Source: Lama guanicoe (Eukaryota). Taken from it: a DNA stretch of 64,000 bases. The stretch lies in assembly GCA_013239625.1 (NCBI GenBank), contig MU054187.1, forward strand, positions 8,761,231 to 8,825,230, given 5' to 3'. The notes below the pieces were generated by a model. It made no database searches. It was not told the origin of the DNA and saw nothing but the letters and a program-made list of their open reading frames with translations. This document shows positions 51,485 to 63,895 of this stretch, piece after piece (position 1 is the stretch's first letter; each line of letters starts with the position of its first letter). The translations under genes were made by a program, and so were the position numbers.

Positions 51485-53070
51485 ATTAGCTAGAGCTGAG
51501 CAAGGTATGAGCACAGGGGAGGTGGGGGGCAGGTCATGGTGGCCCAGAGTGGTGTGCTAGAGCCCACACCAGGTGAGAATGGCACCCATGAGGGGGAACA
51601 GTGGCTCAGCATAGGGTGCTGGGGCCCAAGCAAGGTGAGGAAGGTATCTGGGCAGGCAGTGGTGGCTCAGTGCAGAGCATCAGATTCCAAGTGGGGCAAA
51701 GAGGAGGTGGGGCAATCCGGAGTAGAGTCTCTGAGCCGGTGCAGAGTGTGGTGGGCACCCTGCAGGTCTTGGAGCTGGAATGAGGTGGGAAGGTGTCCCT
51801 GCAGGAAAGGGGCGGTGAGGGTGGAGCCCCAGCAGGATGTGAAGAGTGTCCAGATGGGGCGAGGGAGGAGTGAGCAGCCCAGCAGGGGTGTCAGGATGGA
51901 GCAGGGCTTAAGCATCCAATGAAAGGGTGCCCTAGTGCAGCATATCACAGCCCTAATGCGGGGAAGAGGACAGGATACGGTGGTGGTGACCATCATGAAA
52001 TGTCAGAGCTCAAGTAGGGTAAAGAGAGTGCCCACCATCGGGCTGTCCCAGAGGCAAATGTCTGGGTCCCAGCAGCGAGAGGAGATTGGACCCACAGGAG
52101 GGCATCCTAATGCAGCTTGTCAGAATCTGAGCAGAGAGAAAGGGTAATGAGGAGGGTTCACGGGGATGGGGGGGCAATGGTAGCTCTGGTGCAGCAGGAA
52201 GCTGTGGAGCCCCCGTGGGAGGAGGTGGGTGCACTAGGGAAAGGTGGGTCATGCTGGTCTCTGAGACTGAGCTGGGTAAGTATGTTGCCCATGCAGAGCG
52301 TGAGGGGCAATGCAGCACAGGGAGTCAGGGACAGAGCAGGGTGTCCACGTGGGGTTGGGAGGGAGGAGCCGCTGCAGCAGCAGTGATAGGAGTCTGGCGA
52401 CAGACAGGGATTGATCAAATGGGTTAATACAATAAGGACAAATAGGAGTCAGGTTTCTCACTGCCAAAGAAGAAAACTGCAAAGATGGAAAGGGAAAAAC
52501 AAGAACAAACTATGTGACATTAGACTGGAAGTCGAACTATCAGTATGAATTTGTGGTTCTAAACATATTTAGATGGAAACAGAAGTACATATAGAGGCAA
52601 CCGTGTGTGTGTACAGACATACGTGCATGTTCCCTAGGCCAGTCTGATGGGAAGGCCTGGGAGGAGTGACACCCCGACAGCAGTGAGCACACCTAGTACC
52701 CTGATCTTCATTTGTAAGCACAATTTTTCAGTTAAAAGAATCGGGACTCCTTGCAGAAATGGCGGGTTCCAGAGCTGGGACAGGGATATTACAGAATGAG
52801 CTAAAACTGTGTGCATGTGCCTGAGAGGAAGTGCTCAAGAAATGACAGAGATGTGTCAAAAGGACACAGTGCCAGCCTGAAGGGGTTCCTGCTGGCCAAA
52901 CCTGAGACAATTTGAGCATCAAAACAACAGTAATAAATTTTTAACTCATTACTGCGGGAATCCATGAGTCTGTACCTATATAAACAAATAAACAACAAAA
53001 AACGTATAAATAATGAAATAAGAAATTAAATAAGGGGAGGGATAAATAACCTCTATTAACTAAAATATGT
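51485..53070 (+). mobile_element. L1MC3/L1MD-like 3' UTR including its G-rich degenerate tandem-repeat region
   Basis: 'gggattgatcaaat...ggtttctcactgcc', 'gagcacacctagtaccctgatctt', 'tgtcaaaaggacacag' and 'gacaatttgagcatcaaaa' match recalled L1MC/MD 3' UTR. Confidence 0.8.
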
Positions 53071-53129
53071 AGAATAAAAATAAAGAGAAGTGAACCCTAA
53101 AAGAGAAGAAAACATATTGAGATAGGATA

Positions 53130-54030
53130 TAACCACTTTAAGCATTTAAAGACTTCAAGCCTGGCAGGGTTGTATTCCAGAGCACATGCGAACCTTCCAT
53201 ACCCATTAGAGAACCACAACTGGCAATTTTCAAAGAATTATAGAAAATAGGAAAGAGGTTAGAGATTGTACACGAGCAAATACCCTATTATCACAAAAGA
53301 AGAAAAACACTATCTCAGGCCCTCCCCATTAAATCTGTTAGTCACCAATGGCCCCAATCCTAAATGGGCTGGTGAATGAGTTATTCTCTAGAAAAGACAA
53401 AGGTACTGGGATTCAGCATAGATCCATTAGGAACAAGTTTATGGCAAACTAATCTCATTTCCTATTTTCTCAGGGAGCTAGACAGATACAAGAGGAGATG
53501 TCTGAAGTTGATAATGTATCTTTTTTTAACAGGATATATTTTGCAAACTCTTTATAATATCTTTGTTAAAAAGATAATGATCAACATAATGAACTGCTAT
53601 TCATCATGTTCTCTTTATGTGATAGATGTGATGTCAAGTGCATAATCCTCATAACAACCCTGGAGGTAAATATTATGATTCCCTATAGCCATTTTTCAAA
53701 TGAAGAAAATGGGGCTTTAAGAAGTTAAATAACATGCCCCGAATCACATAACTGCTAACGAGAAGAGTGGAGATTCAAACTCAGGACTATCTCCAACCTT
53801 CATCCTCTTAATCCTTACAGTGAACACTCCAGTTAAGTATAATCACAGCTGGCTGAATAATTATCCCCAAACAGCCCATATTAATTAATGTCAACTTGGA
53901 AAAATGACTTGAATTATGGGTCAGTCATACCCACATACCTGGTGAAAATCTGAACACACTGGTTGAATTTTCAAGTTATTTGTTAGCTGCCTACACTGGG
54001 TATGGTTAAAAGAGTTGCATCTACATGAGA
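53130..54030 (+). mobile_element. CR1/L3 reverse-transcriptase fossil, interrupted by a MIR
   Basis: ORF 53376..53645 contains 'QTNLISYF' (CR1 RT 'SCQTNLISFFD'). 'cacagctggctgaataa' (HSWLN) resumes after the MIR. Confidence 0.65.
53595..53830 (-). mobile_element. MIR SINE
   Basis: 'aatcctcataacaaccctggaggtaaatattat...aaatgaagaaaatggggct...gattcaaactcagg'. Confidence 0.8.
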
Positions 54031-54084
54031 AACAATGAAGACCGACATGAGAGCGGGGACTGCAAGGCTGTCGTGAGGGCAGAC

Positions 54085-54620
54085 TAGGTACAAAGGGAAA
54101 TAAGACATGCTCCCTGCCCTTCAGAAGCTCAGAAACAGAAATTATAAAACCAAAACGCACGTGCCAAAAAGGCAGGGATGGAGCAACAGAAGTTCCAAAG
54201 AGGGAGACTGTCTAGTTGAAGGCATCAGGAAAGCGCCATTGGGTAAGATGACTTGACACGTGGGCAACCAGGGGCGAGCGGCATTTTACAGATGCTCAGG
54301 AGACCACAATCCAGGTGCACAAAGAAGCTTGAGAAAAGCCAAAGAGGAGGGATGTGTGAGGCTCCTCCGGGGAAGAACAAGAATTCCAAGTTCATGGAAA
54401 AATAGACTGCACAGAGTAACACTGTAATAGAAGGTAGAAATTAGATCATGCTATGAATTTCTATCTCAGAGGTGTGCAATTTTGTTCAGGAACCACTATC
54501 AAAGATGGGCTTTTAGAAGATAAAGTATTCAGTAGTGCTCAATAAATGAATAATTGGTAACAATTTTGAGGAGAGATTAGAAAGAGGAGACAGTAGAATT
54601 TGAGGAGAGGCAGTGTGAGG
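54085..54620 (-). mobile_element. LINE-2 fragments, antisense
   Basis: 'taagacatgctccctgcccttcagaagctc' and 'ggcatcaggaaag'. Confidence 0.5.
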
Positions 54621-55197
54621 TACAGCATGGTGTCTGTTTCTCACCTTTCCCAGTGATCTGTGGCTCAAATCTGAATTATGGGAATGCGTTTCTATAAAGA
54701 ACCATTACAAACCACATGGACCCTTACTGAAATGTACATGAACTATCTGGATCCCCAAACAGGTTGATTTTTAAAATACACAATGGTGCATATTACAAGT
54801 GGAGGCAAAGGACACCTCCCAGGTACGGGTGCCATCGGAATGTGCAGGGGCAGAGAACACACTCAGCACCTGAAGCAGTGGAGCCAGTCAGCCTACATCT
54901 AGGCTAAAGAAGAGTTCAAAGAAAGTCTGCTTCACAGATGCATAGCACAAGCACAGCCAGAGACAAAACGAGACACCCTGCTGAAGGCAAATGAGTAGCT
55001 TACGAACCCACCTGAGGCACATCCTGGGAGCTGTTTGAGCTGAGAGGAACTTGATTTCACTACATCTGAGGGGAGAGAGATCATGACATTGGAACTCTTG
55101 TCTGTTTATTTGTTCTGATATTACTTTTATACTCAATTATCTGTAACACTTGCAATTAGTAACTCTTCTAAGATATATAGAAAATAACTGTAAGTGG

Positions 55198-55234
55198 ACA
55201 CACACACTCTCTCTCTCTCACACACACACACACA
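55198..55234. repeat. Compound (CA)n(CT)n(CA)n microsatellite
   Basis: Seen directly in the sequence. Confidence 0.85.
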
Positions 55235-55342
55235 AATCATCCTACCTGGTATGCATAATTTTTAGTCCTCTGAATAACTAATTTGTATTAAAGACCTCTC
55301 TTACATAATTCATGTGCTCTTTCTGTCACAAAATGATTCTAA

Positions 55343-55936
55343 TTTTTTTAACTTTCCATTCAGAAATAATTATAGATTCACAGGAAGTTGCAAAAACAAT
55401 ACAGAATCATCTCCTGCATTCTTTACCCCATTTCCTCACAAGATTACATCTTATACAACTCTGGTACAATATCAAAACCTGAAAATTGACATTGGTAATA
55501 CATGTGCATATAATACTATTCCATTTTATCACATAGAAATTTGTGCAACCACACTGCAATCAAGACATAGAAGCATTCCATTATTACAAAGTTCTCCCTC
55601 AGGTCACCCCTTCGTAGTCACACCCCCTCCAAAAAATTCTTCCCTAATCCCTGGCAACCACTAATCTTGTCATCCCTATTTATAGCTTTGTCATTTTGAG
55701 AATGTTAAGTAAATCGAATTTCATAGTATTTAATTGGATCTTTTCACTCAACATAGTATCCTTGAGATCTATTTAAGTTGCTACATGTATCTATAATTCA
55801 CTTCTTTTTCTTGTTGAGTAGTATTTTATAGCATAAGTGTACCGAAATTTGTTAACTGTTTACCTACTGCAGGACATTTTGGTTGTTTCCAGTTTTGACT
55901 ATTACAAATAAAGTTCCCATGAACATTTGTGTACAG
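55343..55936 (-). mobile_element. L1MC1/2-like 3' end, antisense
   Basis: 'aataattatagattcacaggaagttgcaaaa...aatatcaaaacctgaaaattgacattggt...ccctggcaaccactaatct'. Confidence 0.8.
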
Positions 55937-55959
55937 AAGAGAGAGAGAAAAAGGACTCT

Positions 55960-56285
55960 CCAGTGAAGAAAAAATACTTATAAAGAACATTAGTGGGAAA
56001 TTTTTTTTAATTTAATACGGACTATAGATCAGATGTCAGTTTTGTATCAATATGAATTCTTTTAATTTCTAGAATTTTACTCTGATTATGTTCTTGCTTT
56101 CAGGGAATGTAGAATGAAATATTTAGGGACGAAGAGACACTTTACCTCTTAATTTTAAATGGTTCTGGAGAGCAAATGAGGCAAAATTTAAACAGTTCAT
56201 AAATCTGGATGAAGGTATACAACAATTCTTATTACTATCCTTAAAACTTTTATGTAAGTTTGAAATGACATTAAAATTAAAGTTT
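55960..56285 (+). mobile_element. Old L1MC/ME 3' end
   Basis: 'aatctggatgaaggtatac...aacttttatgtaagtttgaaat'. Confidence 0.65.
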
Positions 56286-56287
56286 AC

Positions 56288-57102
56288 AAAGGAAATGCAA
56301 ATCAAAACCACAGTGAGATACTACCTCCCAGATCGGAAAGACTATTATCAAAAGACAAGAAATGTCAAGTGTTGGCAAGGATGTGGAGAAAAGGGAACCC
56401 TCATGCACCATTGGTGGGAATGTAAATTGGTACAGCTGCTATGGAAAACAGTATGGAGGTTTCTCAAAAATTAAAAACAGAGCTACCACACTCTCCAGCA
56501 ATTCTTCTGGGCATTTATCTGAAGAAAATGAAAACACTAATTCAAAAAGATATATACACATCATGTTCATTGTAGCATTATTTACAACAGCCAAGGTATA
56601 GAAGCAACCTAAGTGTCCACTGATAGATGAATGGATGAAGATGTACATACACACACAATGGAATATTACTCAGCCATAAAAAGGAATGGAATTTTGCTAT
56701 TTGCAACAACATGGATGGACCTAGAGGGTATTATGCTAAGTGAAATAAGTCAGACAGAGAAGGACAAATACTGTATGCTTCCATTTATACATATGTAAAA
56801 TCAGAAAAACAAAACAAACATAACAAAACAGAAACAGACTCACAGAGAACAAATCAGTGGTTCCTAGACAGGTGGTGGGGTGGTGGGGGAAGAATGAAAT
56901 AGGTGAAAGGGATTAAGAGGTACAAACTACCAGTTATAAAATAAATAAGTCACAGAGATGTCATGTACAGCACAAGGAACATAATTGATATTATTGTAAC
57001 AACTTTGTATGGTCCATAATGTATAAAAACATTAACTCACTAAGTTATACACCTGAAACTAATATAATATTGTCAACCATACTTTAATAAAAAAAGAAAA
57101 AA
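56288..57102 (+). mobile_element. L1MA9-like 5'-truncated L1: ORF2 C-terminus (frameshifted), 3' UTR and A-tail
   Basis: ORF 56265..56474 'EMQIKTTVRYYL...[34 protein letters not shown]' is the L1 ORF2p C-terminal CCHC region. Ends 'aataaaaaaagaaaaa'. Confidence 0.9.
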
Positions 57103-57749
57103 CTCCATCTTCTTTTAGAGTATTTTTATTTTCTTGCTCTTTGACAAAATGTTTCTTAATCTTCAGCAGTACTATATCAATATGGAGTGACAGTTTGACA
57201 ATATGGTTCTCACTTTTCATAGTATAAATTCAAAGACAAATTGTGAACGAGTCAAGTGAAACTTGTAATTCACAGCTGTGAGGTCACACTAGTGAATTAT
57301 AAGCTTTTCATTATGTCAGAACTGTGAATTACAAAGATTTTTTTCTGTATTTCATGTCAAATAATTTATTAGCTAACCCTCTCTCACAGGATTTTGCAGC
57401 ATGCCAGAATCAGAGGATACAGGGACTGTATTGTGGCAATTTCAGAGAGAGTAACAAGAATTCAGATGTATAAGAAGAATGTTAAAACGAAGGCAGCAAT
57501 GGTTTTATTTTTTATTTTTGTTTCTTTAACAGTGATGATTTTAAACTGTACTCTTCCCAGGTTCAGAGTCGTTCCTGATGAGCAGTTAGTTTTCTCTGAA
57601 TTGAAGCCATCGCCATCCTAAAGTCAGGAAAGTTATCTTTTTATTGTCTCCTCCTTGTTAACACCATCAGCTATAATTTCTCAAAAGGCACTAAGGGTGT
57701 AATTCTATACTGTTTAAAAAAAGTAAAAGACACTCTTGTTAACAGTAAC

Positions 57750-58050
57750 CTCACTATTATTACTGCTATCATGAAACTCTGGGTGCCTCTTTATAACTTG
57801 CACAGCACTTGCATGTCTTATTTATTATTCACATTGACCCAATAAGGTGCTAAATTATGAGTATCTATCCTATATAATTAGGTGTATAGAGGAAAGGTAC
57901 TCTGTCCTCATTCACTCATGAGGAAATTGAGGTGTAGAAAGGCTCCAAGAAATGATAGAGGCTTATCCAAAATCATGCCACAAGTAAATGTCAAAAGTTG
58001 GAATCATGTATTTAGATTCTAAATCCAGAGGTTATTTCCCATATTCCACT
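57750..58050 (-). mobile_element. MIR SINE remnant
   Basis: 'catgaggaaattgaggtgtagaaagg...cttatccaaaatcatgc'. Confidence 0.6.
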
Positions 58051-58639
58051 AAACCTTCTCTGTATGAACGCATGTGTAATGCAACTCAAATAAATCTCGG
58101 TGCTTCATACAGCCCCATCTCTCTTCAATGTCACATTTGAAGAAGAGTCCAGCATTCTAAAGTAATTTTTAAAAAAGATTCCAACATCTGCACCTACAAA
58201 TCTTAAAATTTACTCAGTTTCAGTTTACATCCTATAGCCACATCAACTCCTGCTTTCTCTGGTACCCTCAAAACACTTCCTGCTAAGAGTCAATATGGTT
58301 TTAGCCATTTGTTCCCTTTTTCTTTTGGTCTTTCTAATACTGTCCCTCTCAGTAGTCCCCTGACTCTGCACCACAGAGTCCAGAAATCAAGCACACACAA
58401 CCACGTTCTCCTTGAAGTCCAGGGAGGTGGAAACACAAAGGAGACAAAAATAAAATCATTTTTCATAAATGGTGTTGGGATACTGGAAGCCTGTAGCGCT
58501 CATTCAACAAATCTTATCTCAATTTTTGCAGTTTTTGATCTTGCTAGTTTGAAGATTATAATACTGACAACAAATATTATTGTATATGCATTTGAGTGAT
58601 TTAAGCGTGATGAGTAAAACCAATACTTGGTCAGCACCC

Positions 58640-59555
58640 CTTTCCATGACTCACGTAATCCAGCATTTGTGCAGTTTCCTAAATGTACCATGCTCTTTCT
58701 GGCTTCTAACCCATGCTTCCCACCTTTTTCACACCATAAAACATAGGGATAAACTGCAGAAGTCACTGCAAGGACAAGGAGGCATCAGTATCTTTGCATA
58801 GAGATAAGCCATTCACAGCTCTCCAGTGTACCAAGGCTCACTGGTGGGGGCCCTTAATTCTATAACTTCAGACATGCTGCTTTTCTGCCGAGAATAATAT
58901 TCCTCTTCCCTCCCTCTCATTCCTTTGTCTAATCAGGCCCCCCTCATCCTTCAAGACACAACTTAGATGTTTCATCTCCCAGAATGTCTCTCCCAAGGCT
59001 AAGGAAGGTGCTAGGCCCATAGAATTCTGGGCTTAACCTCATCTTAGCTCCCACACTGACTTAGTATTTAGCTCCATCTCCCACTGGACCACAAGTATCT
59101 TGAAAATAGGAGTTTCATTCTATATATTTTGATATGTTCAGCACTTACAGGTACCTAGCAAATGGCTAGCACTCAATAAGCAATAGTTAATGAATTAATG
59201 AGCTGGTGAACTCTTCCTAGATCCATGGTTCTAGACGTCACTGATGGGCTTGCAACCCCGCTCCTAAAGCAGAAGTCACCTCTGATCGTCTTGGCAGGGG
59301 ACAGTCTGATAAATTTCTAGGCTGTCGCCCATAGGAATGAGCCGAGGCTAGACAAGTGGTCATATACCATACAGCACCCTGCTCTTCACCCAGGTTACAA
59401 TTTGTAACAATTTGTGTGTTTATTTGTTTAATGTTTATCTCTCCTACTAGACTATAATCTCAGTGAAGACTGGTATAATTTAGATTGGCTCATACATCAC
59501 CAGCTCTCTTATAAGAGTTCTTAACTTAGTGGAAATAAATAAATGAATAAATGAA
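58640..59555 (+). mobile_element. Two LINE-2 3' fragments (about 58640-59200 and 59370-59555)
   Basis: 'tcatccttcaagacacaacttagatg', 'gcactcaataag...atgaattaatga', 'tctctcctactagactataatctc...ataaatgaataaatgaa'. Confidence 0.7.
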
Positions 59556-59879
59556 CAAACAAGTCACTCTTTCCTTAACAGCTGAGATTTCTTGTTATCA
59601 CCTCGTTTGATGGGAAGTTCCTAGACTCTAAGCCTCGCCAGGACAGGGGCTATGTATATTCTAGGAAATCAAGTGGGTCTTTTTGTTGTCTCAGAATTTC
59701 CCTTAAAGCACCAGAGCTGAGAATAGTAGAAGATAAGCAATGCCAGGTACTGAAGAGGCGCCATATACATCTGTATAGGATTTGCTAAAAGACAGCAAAA
59801 CTGGTCCACAGACCGACACCCCATTTGTTTATATAAGCAAAAAACTAGAGTCCTTTGGAAGAATCTTGTGGTATCACTG

Positions 59880-61190
59880 TGTGGTGATTTTAGTGGGAAG
59901 TATTATGAAATTTCTTCTCTCTTCTCTGTGGGAGAAAGGATGAGGATGTTTCTCCTTTCGTTTGCTGAAGCCAATTGGAGGATGTTTCGAGACAACCAGT
60001 CATACAGATAAAGAAGCTCCTGCAAGAAGGGGGCAGCAGCATCTCACTACCCAGATGGGTAACTGCTAAGATGTAAAATCAAGGGTCCCATTGCTACTAA
60101 GAGACCCAAGGGGAGCAGGCTAAGAGAAGCCTTGGATATATTACTCCCAGAACTGAGGAACTCAGGCACATACATTAACGTAGACTGGCATCTATCTTAT
60201 CTCCTCCTGGAGAACTCTATGAAAGCAGAATTCTGAAGACAGGCAATTGCAGGGAGTAGCCCAAAGCAATAGAGAAAAGAAAGAACAAACGGTGGGACAA
60301 GGCTACAATGCTCACTATTTATTGTTGGTCACAACAAGGACGTATGAATTTCCCAAGAACCGAGTGGACACCAAGGAAGACCGGCGGGCTTGAGTCATCT
60401 TGCTAGGACCCTAACAGCCAGCTGGAGGCCAGTCAGTACAGGAAGACCCATTATTAAGTGACTACGGGGTAGACCACTGGGAACAGGAGCTACAATGGGT
60501 CACAAGGAGTTACAAGAACTTCCCAACAGAGTGCATTATTCACACCAGTGAATGGTTCATGAGGAAGCTCCCTTGGATCCTCTGGAGAGACCACAAATGT
60601 GTCCCAAAGAGTCAGTGTTTTGAACTACAAATAGCACAAACTAAATAAGCATATCTTTGACTCCTTTCATCTGTGCACCCGCCCTCTCCAAACTGCATCC
60701 CAGAAGAAGGGAGGAAAAAGAGTAACAGAGGTCCTCAAAACGTGAAGAGGCAGCACATAGCCCCTCTTCCCTGAGCTACAGCTCATGCTGCAGACAGGAG
60801 AGCATTTTTCTGCTGGATGTGAGACTGAAGTTTTGATCAGACTGGACTAAGTTTAATAACTGAAAGTTACCAAAGTGACCAGAAAGCCATGGGGTCTGCT
60901 TGCCGCATGAAGTTGTTGACAAAGGCAGGAAAAGGAAGAGACAGGAAAGACATCTGGGGGGAAAGTACAGCTCAGTGGTAGAGTGCATGCTTAGCACGTA
61001 TGGGGTCCTGGGTTCAATCCCCAGTACCTCCATTAAAAAAAAAAAAAAACAGATAAACCTAATTACCTCTCCCCACACACAAAAAAAAAAAGGGTCAAGA
61101 AAGACATTTAGAGACAATGACTGGAAAAAAATTAAGCCATGTTCTGCTCATAGCATCACTGAGTTCAGCTCAACCAATAAACCAACCATA
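59880..61190 (+). mobile_element. LTR78-like ancient LTR, interrupted by a SINE
   Basis: 'gactgaagttttgatcagactggactaagtttaataactgaaag...tgaccagaaagccatggggtctgc' and 3' 'cactgagttcagctcaaccaataaacc' match recalled LTR78. The 5' boundary is approximate. Confidence 0.6.
60956..61091 (+). mobile_element. Camelid tRNA-Ala-derived SINE (Vic-1 type)
   Basis: tRNA-Ala(AGC)-like head with A box (cagctcagtgg) and B box (ggttcaatcc), an A-rich linker, 'ataaacctaattacctc' and an A-tail. Near-TSD aggaaagacatct (60943-60955) / aagaaagacattt (61097-61109). Confidence 0.9.
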
Positions 61191-61509
61191 GAGTTATAGC
61201 CGCATCTTGCTAGCCAAGTCAGAATCTTAAGATTTGTTTCTTAATGACCAACATACTTTGGAAAAAATTGTAAAAATAGATTTTGTCATAAGAATGGACA
61301 TATATGTATGCCCAATTTGCCATACAAGCTCCCACTCCATGCCTCCCCTGCTCCCTTCCCACATCCATGTTACCACCACAATCCTTTCTTTCTTCCACGT
61401 GGAATCCAAGAGGTGGGTCAGACAGGGTGCAGGGGAAACTAGCCACAGATCAGTTTATAAGCAAAGGGCTAAAGTACAGACAATGTGACCCGGGCTCTAT
61501 CAGTCAGTG

Positions 61510-62060
61510 ACTGTGACGACAGGCTTCCTGTTCATGTATTCCAATCATTCAGGTACTTTAAAAAGAGATTTTAATAAAGCAAAGCTGATCTTGTTACTCC
61601 CCTGCTTAGAACTTTCAGAACTTAATAATCTGCCGCCTACCATAGTACTCTGGGCACTAAGTCTTAGCAAGGTACTCAGATTCCTCAGGGATCTGATACC
61701 AAACTGTCTTCTAACATAATCAACCATTACTCTCCCTACGTAACATACATTTTAGATGAATAGAAAACCCTCTGTACTTTCATTCTTTCAACATTCTCAG
61801 TAACAAACAGGTGAGAGCAAACCATTCACTCCACAATTACGTACGGAGTACCAGCCGTGCACCAGGCACTGTGTTCAGTACAGAGTGGTAAACAAAACCA
61901 ATCATGCCCTTTCCTTCACAAAGCTCAAGAGACTTGCAATAAAGACAGACATCAAAACAATAATTAAATCAATAATTCACTGCTGCCTTTGTGATACGTG
62001 CTGCAGGTTTCTCAAAGTGCTGTGAGGACAGACAACGGCAGATCTAACTGGGATGTCACA
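61510..62060. mobile_element. LINE-2 fragments (about 61510-61790 plus strand, 61820-62060 minus strand)
   Basis: 'gcaaagctgatcttgttactcccctgcttagaac' and 'ccgtgcaccaggcactgtgttcagtacagagtggtaaacaaaac'. Confidence 0.6.
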
Positions 62061-63624
62061 GGCAGTTGACACCGTATCTCCTTATCTCTCTTGTCAGTTA
62101 CAGTTGCTTCCAAAGGGCATTATTGGCAGGACCATGAGCCTCTGAAAAGAGCCAAAGGGAAAATACTATCTTCTTTCCAGGAACTCACCTACCAGAGGTT
62201 CCATGTACAGGGAATGGTTCTCGTCTAAGAAAATCTAGCCAAGAACTCAAGTCACTCAAGGAGACTTGTGGTTTTCTCACTTTTATTGAATACGTGCTTA
62301 TCTTGTTTTTTAAAATATTCTTTTTTTCACTTATCAAATACTTAAATAGTATACCACATGCCTTTGCCCACCCTGGGGCCCTTCCTCTGATGTCTGTGTG
62401 CCTCCTTCATCTACCTGATGCCACCTCATGCAGCAAGTCTCCCTGATTTCCCCTAAGCCAGCTATGTCTTCTGATCTCCCATGGTACTTACCTGTACTTC
62501 TCATGTGGCCTGCCAGTTCCTATGGTGTATCATCTTTATGTATATCCCAACTTCTGAGAAAGAGAGAGGGAGGAGAGGAAACTGGGAGGGGAAGAAAGTC
62601 ACTGAGACTTGATGGCCTGGAAGACAGCCAGTCAAAGCCCTGATGCTGACTAGTATCCCCTAGGTAGTAGTCAATATAACATGAGCAGGACAGGGAACAC
62701 AGCGGACATTTAAGATGTTGTCACTGTCTCCAGCAGGCTTCTCGAGAGAGAGGGAAAAATTAGTATTGTAATATTTTTAGACATGATTCATTTAAAAAGT
62801 GTAAAAATGCTGAGATAATTGAGCCACCTCTAAAATGGAAAGTCAGTGCACATACCTGATTCATAGGAGGTTTGAAATGGTTAAATATACATTATGTATA
62901 TGGTCCAACTTAGTATTTTTAAATTGGATAATATTGACTTTAAAGCATTTTCCTCCTAGTTTTCAAAATAGTCAGTGCTGAAATAGCATCCTTCAAATGT
63001 GTCCCCTGACTGTCATAACAAGCTTGTCCTAGATACAAGAAAACTAATTACAGAGTCTGTTTTTCTCCCTTTTCTATAAATGCATTCTAAGCAAAGGGTT
63101 ATGATCTTAATTAAATAAATATTAATATATTCCTTGAAAAAATTGTTTTTCATAAGATTTTTATTCTCTTTGCACTACCTCTACAGTAGCCAGAGTAAGA
63201 AAAAATTCAATAGCGTCCAAAATATGAATTTGCAATGACATTAGGATTTCTCGAAAGAAGTCATTACACGCCAGCATGTTGAAGGAATATATTCTACCCA
63301 AGAACTTGACTGAGTCTTCTCGTGAAAAAGATATGCACTTCAGTGGTAAACTGATCTTTTGACCTGCTAAATTACAGTCATTTCTTTTCTAAATCCTGAG
63401 ATTAACCAACCTTTAAGAAAAGTGCAAAAGATTAATTAGAATCACAGAACCAACCCCATTATAATTTTGAGCCAGCTAGGAAGTATACTTGGGGTTCTAA
63501 ATCTGAATATTCTGTCACTAGATTTGCTTGTCACTGTAGAGGTTAAATTACATAAAAGAAATCACTTTACAATCTCTTTTCTAAGATCCTCACCATATTT
63601 TGACAACTAGTGGAAATTATATAA

Positions 63625-63895
63625 GGCAGTCTATGGTCCAGCAGTTAAAAGCATGGATTCTGGAGTCACATCGACATGAGTTCAAACCCTAGCCTTCCTG
63701 CTCACTGGTTGTGTGACCTTGAGAGAGTTAATCTTTCCAAGGCTCAGTTTCTTACCTATAAAATAGATGTAATAATTTAACTATATTATAATAATGTTGT
63801 AAAGATTAAGTGAAGACACGTAGACTACTTAATACAGTGGCTGGCACATAGTAAGTGGTTAGTAAGTGGTGGCTATTTTTATATTATCATTATTT
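63625..63895 (+). mobile_element. Near full-length MIR SINE
   Basis: 'gttaaaagcatggattctggagtca...tgtgtgaccttg...ctcagtttcttacctataaaat...ggcacatagtaagt'. Confidence 0.85.

Noticed and set aside
51536..52482. Many overlapping ORFs on both strands
   Set aside because: Artefact of the G-rich L1MC-type 3' UTR repeat.
56265..56601. ORFs with L1 ORF2 homology as a functional gene
   Set aside because: Short, frameshifted C-terminal fragment of a 5'-truncated dead L1.
60956..61032. tRNA-Ala(AGC)-like gene
   Set aside because: It is the head of a SINE: mismatched stems, followed by SINE body, A-tail and TSD.
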